From positions 1-38,640 of the forward strand of contig JAHILY010000020.1 of assembly GCA_018896815.1 (NCBI GenBank): a stretch of DNA of 38,640 bases. The letters run 5' to 3'. Under the pieces are notes generated by a model that worked only from the letters and a program-made list of their open reading frames with translations, did not search any database and was not told where the DNA came from. Both the position numbers and the translations under genes were made by a program. The number at the start of each line of letters is the position of its first letter. The stretch's first letter is position 1. Source of the DNA: Candidatus Omnitrophota bacterium. GTDB lineage: Bacteria > Omnitrophota > Gorgyraeia > Gorgyraeales > Gorgyraeaceae. Positions 37,663 through 38,640 of this stretch are shown here, piece after piece.

Positions 37663-38079
37663 GTGGATATGCCTAAGAAAAAGAAGAAGAAAAAGGTAGT
37701 GAAGAAGAAGGCCAAGAAAAAGAAGATAGCCAGAAAGACAAAGAAAAAAAAGGTTGTCAAGAAGAAGAAAAAGGCAGCAGGAAAGAAAAAGATGTCATTA
37801 CTTGAAAAGGCCATTGCCTCTGGCGCATCAGTAGAAGAGGCCGGAGTCATCACGCATTATTTTCCACATGTTGAGGCCGCAGTTGTCAAGATGACAAGAG
37901 GGGATCTTTCCCTGGGCGACACAATTATTGTAAATGGCCATACAACAGATTTTAAGGCCAGTGTTAAATCTATGCAGTTGGAGCATGCGCCTATCAATAT
38001 TGCAAAGGCTGGTCAGGAGATAGGACTGGGGGTTAATGCAAAGGTCAGGGAGCACGACGTTGTTTATAAGCTGCTTTAA
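37663..38079 (+). CDS. Poly-lysine (histone-H1-like) N-terminal tail fused to a small EF-Tu-domain-2-like beta-barrel
   Basis: 138 aa. The first ~45 residues are almost entirely K with V/A/R. The C-terminal part is GVITHYFPHVEAAVVKMTRGDLSLGDTIIVNGHTTDFKASVKSMQLEHAPINIAKAGQEIGLGVNAKVREHDVVYKL. AAGGAGG SD. Confidence 0.65.
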   Translation: MDMPKKKKKKKVVKKKAKKKKIARKTKKKKVVKKKKKAAGKKKMSLLEKAIASGASVEEAGVITHYFPHVEAAVVKMTRGDLSLGDTIIVNGHTTDFKASVKSMQLEHAPINIAKAGQEIGLGVNAKVREHDVVYKLL

Positions 38080-38080
38080 A

Positions 38081-38118
38081 ACACGAATTTAACACGAAAT
38101 CTGTAATAATCTGCGTAT
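38081..38118 (+). repeat. CACGAA-stutter repeat, copy 2
   Basis: ACACGAATTTAACACGAAATCTGTAATAATCTGCGTAT is similar to 17513-17550. Confidence 0.5.
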
Positions 38119-38142
38119 AAAAAATTCTTTGAAGGGGTCACC

Positions 38143-38171
38143 TTGACAAAAGATATTTTGCGTGATATACT
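38143..38171 (+). promoter_or_regulatory. Near-consensus sigma70 promoter of the pilin-like gene
   Basis: TTGACA (38143-38148), 17-nt spacer, TATACT (38166-38171). Confidence 0.6.
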
Positions 38172-38214
38172 TCTTCTCTGAAATTATAATACCCTTTTTG
38201 GGAAGAAAGGAGGA

Positions 38215-38640
38215 ATGAACATGCTTAAATTAAGAAGTAGGCATGGTTTTACGCTCGTAGAGATCATGATAGTAGTCGCAATCATATCTTTATTAGCAGC
38301 AATCGCAATACCGAACTTACTGCGGGCACGCCACAATGCTAACGAAGCAGCAGCTATCGCAGCTCTGAGGACCATCTCCACAGCTTGTGAGAGCTTTCGT
38401 TCAGCACAGACACCAACAGCATATCCTGCAAGCCTGGCAGCGCTAAGTACAGCAGTACCTCCATACATAGATGCTGCTCTAGCAGGCGCCACTGCAGCAG
38501 GGACCGCAAGACAGGGTTATTTTCATACCTATGTCATGGTAAACAATAACCAGTTTACCTGCACATCTAGCCCTGCAGCGCCAGGCACAACAGGCACTCG
38601 TATCTTTTTCGTGAACGAGACTGGTGTGATAAGGCTGAAC
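38215..38640 (+). CDS. Prepilin-type N-terminal cleavage/methylation-domain protein (type IV pilin / T2SS pseudopilin-like), 3' end outside the window
   Basis: Not in the supplied ORF track because there is no stop in the window. My translation is MNMLKLRSRHGFTLVEIMIVVAIISLLAAIAIPNLLRARHNANEAAAIAALRTISTACESFRS.... G-FTLVE-I is the class III signal motif. AAAGGAGG SD at 38206-38213. The frame is open to base 38640. The start could be 38221. Confidence 0.8.
   Translation, partial: MNMLKLRSRHGFTLVEIMIVVAIISLLAAIAIPNLLRARHNANEAAAIAALRTISTACESFRSAQTPTAYPASLAALSTAVPPYIDAALAGATAAGTARQGYFHTYVMVNNNQFTCTSSPAAPGTTGTRIFFVNETGVIRLN

Noticed and set aside
37644-37853. 69-aa Phe-rich minus-strand ORF
   Set aside because: It is the mirror image of the poly-lysine AAG/AAA tract on the + strand. 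The + strand gene has an SD and a recognisable C-terminal domain.

Overview
This window is a bacterial chromosomal segment in which every credible feature lies on the + strand. I cannot name the organism from sequence alone. I recognised no rRNA, CRISPR array, integrase, transposase or reverse transcriptase.

Gene content, 5' to 3':
- groEL 3' end
- MoxR / DUF58 / multi-pass membrane protein triad
- CBS-less IMPDH-family gene
- dnaE
- HU/IHF-family gene
- hisS-aspS, where the AspRS lacks the bacterial GAD insertion
- LysM lipoprotein
- pgpH-ybeY-dgkA(PAP2 fusion)-DUF502-recO-glyQ-glyS-ppdK-sigma70-apt, an order that resembles Firmicutes as I recall it
- tRNA-Arg(CCU)
- PHP hydrolase

The last third is more accessory:
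- HigB/HigA-like toxin-antitoxin pair
- acidic beta-barrel porin
- small GIY-YIG nuclease
- PIN-PhoH ATPase
- secreted protein with six PKD modules
- metallophosphoesterase-like / thioredoxin-like / DsbD-like fusion protein
- M48 lipoprotein protease
- LOG-family protein
- poly-lysine protein with an EF-Tu-domain-2-like barrel
- prepilin-type gene running off the 3' end, which is absent from the supplied ORF track

The least explained signal is in the intergenic DNA rather than in any protein gene. At least eight families of short structured repeats recur across the window. Two families bracket small gene cassettes in inverted orientation: the GIY-YIG gene, in an arrangement like a REP/RAYT unit, and the toxin-antitoxin operon. 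One family forms a shared structured leader ahead of two nucleotide-metabolism genes. One is a conserved 52-nt element downstream of two probably very highly expressed genes.

All functional calls come from motif recognition by eye. No database search was run.
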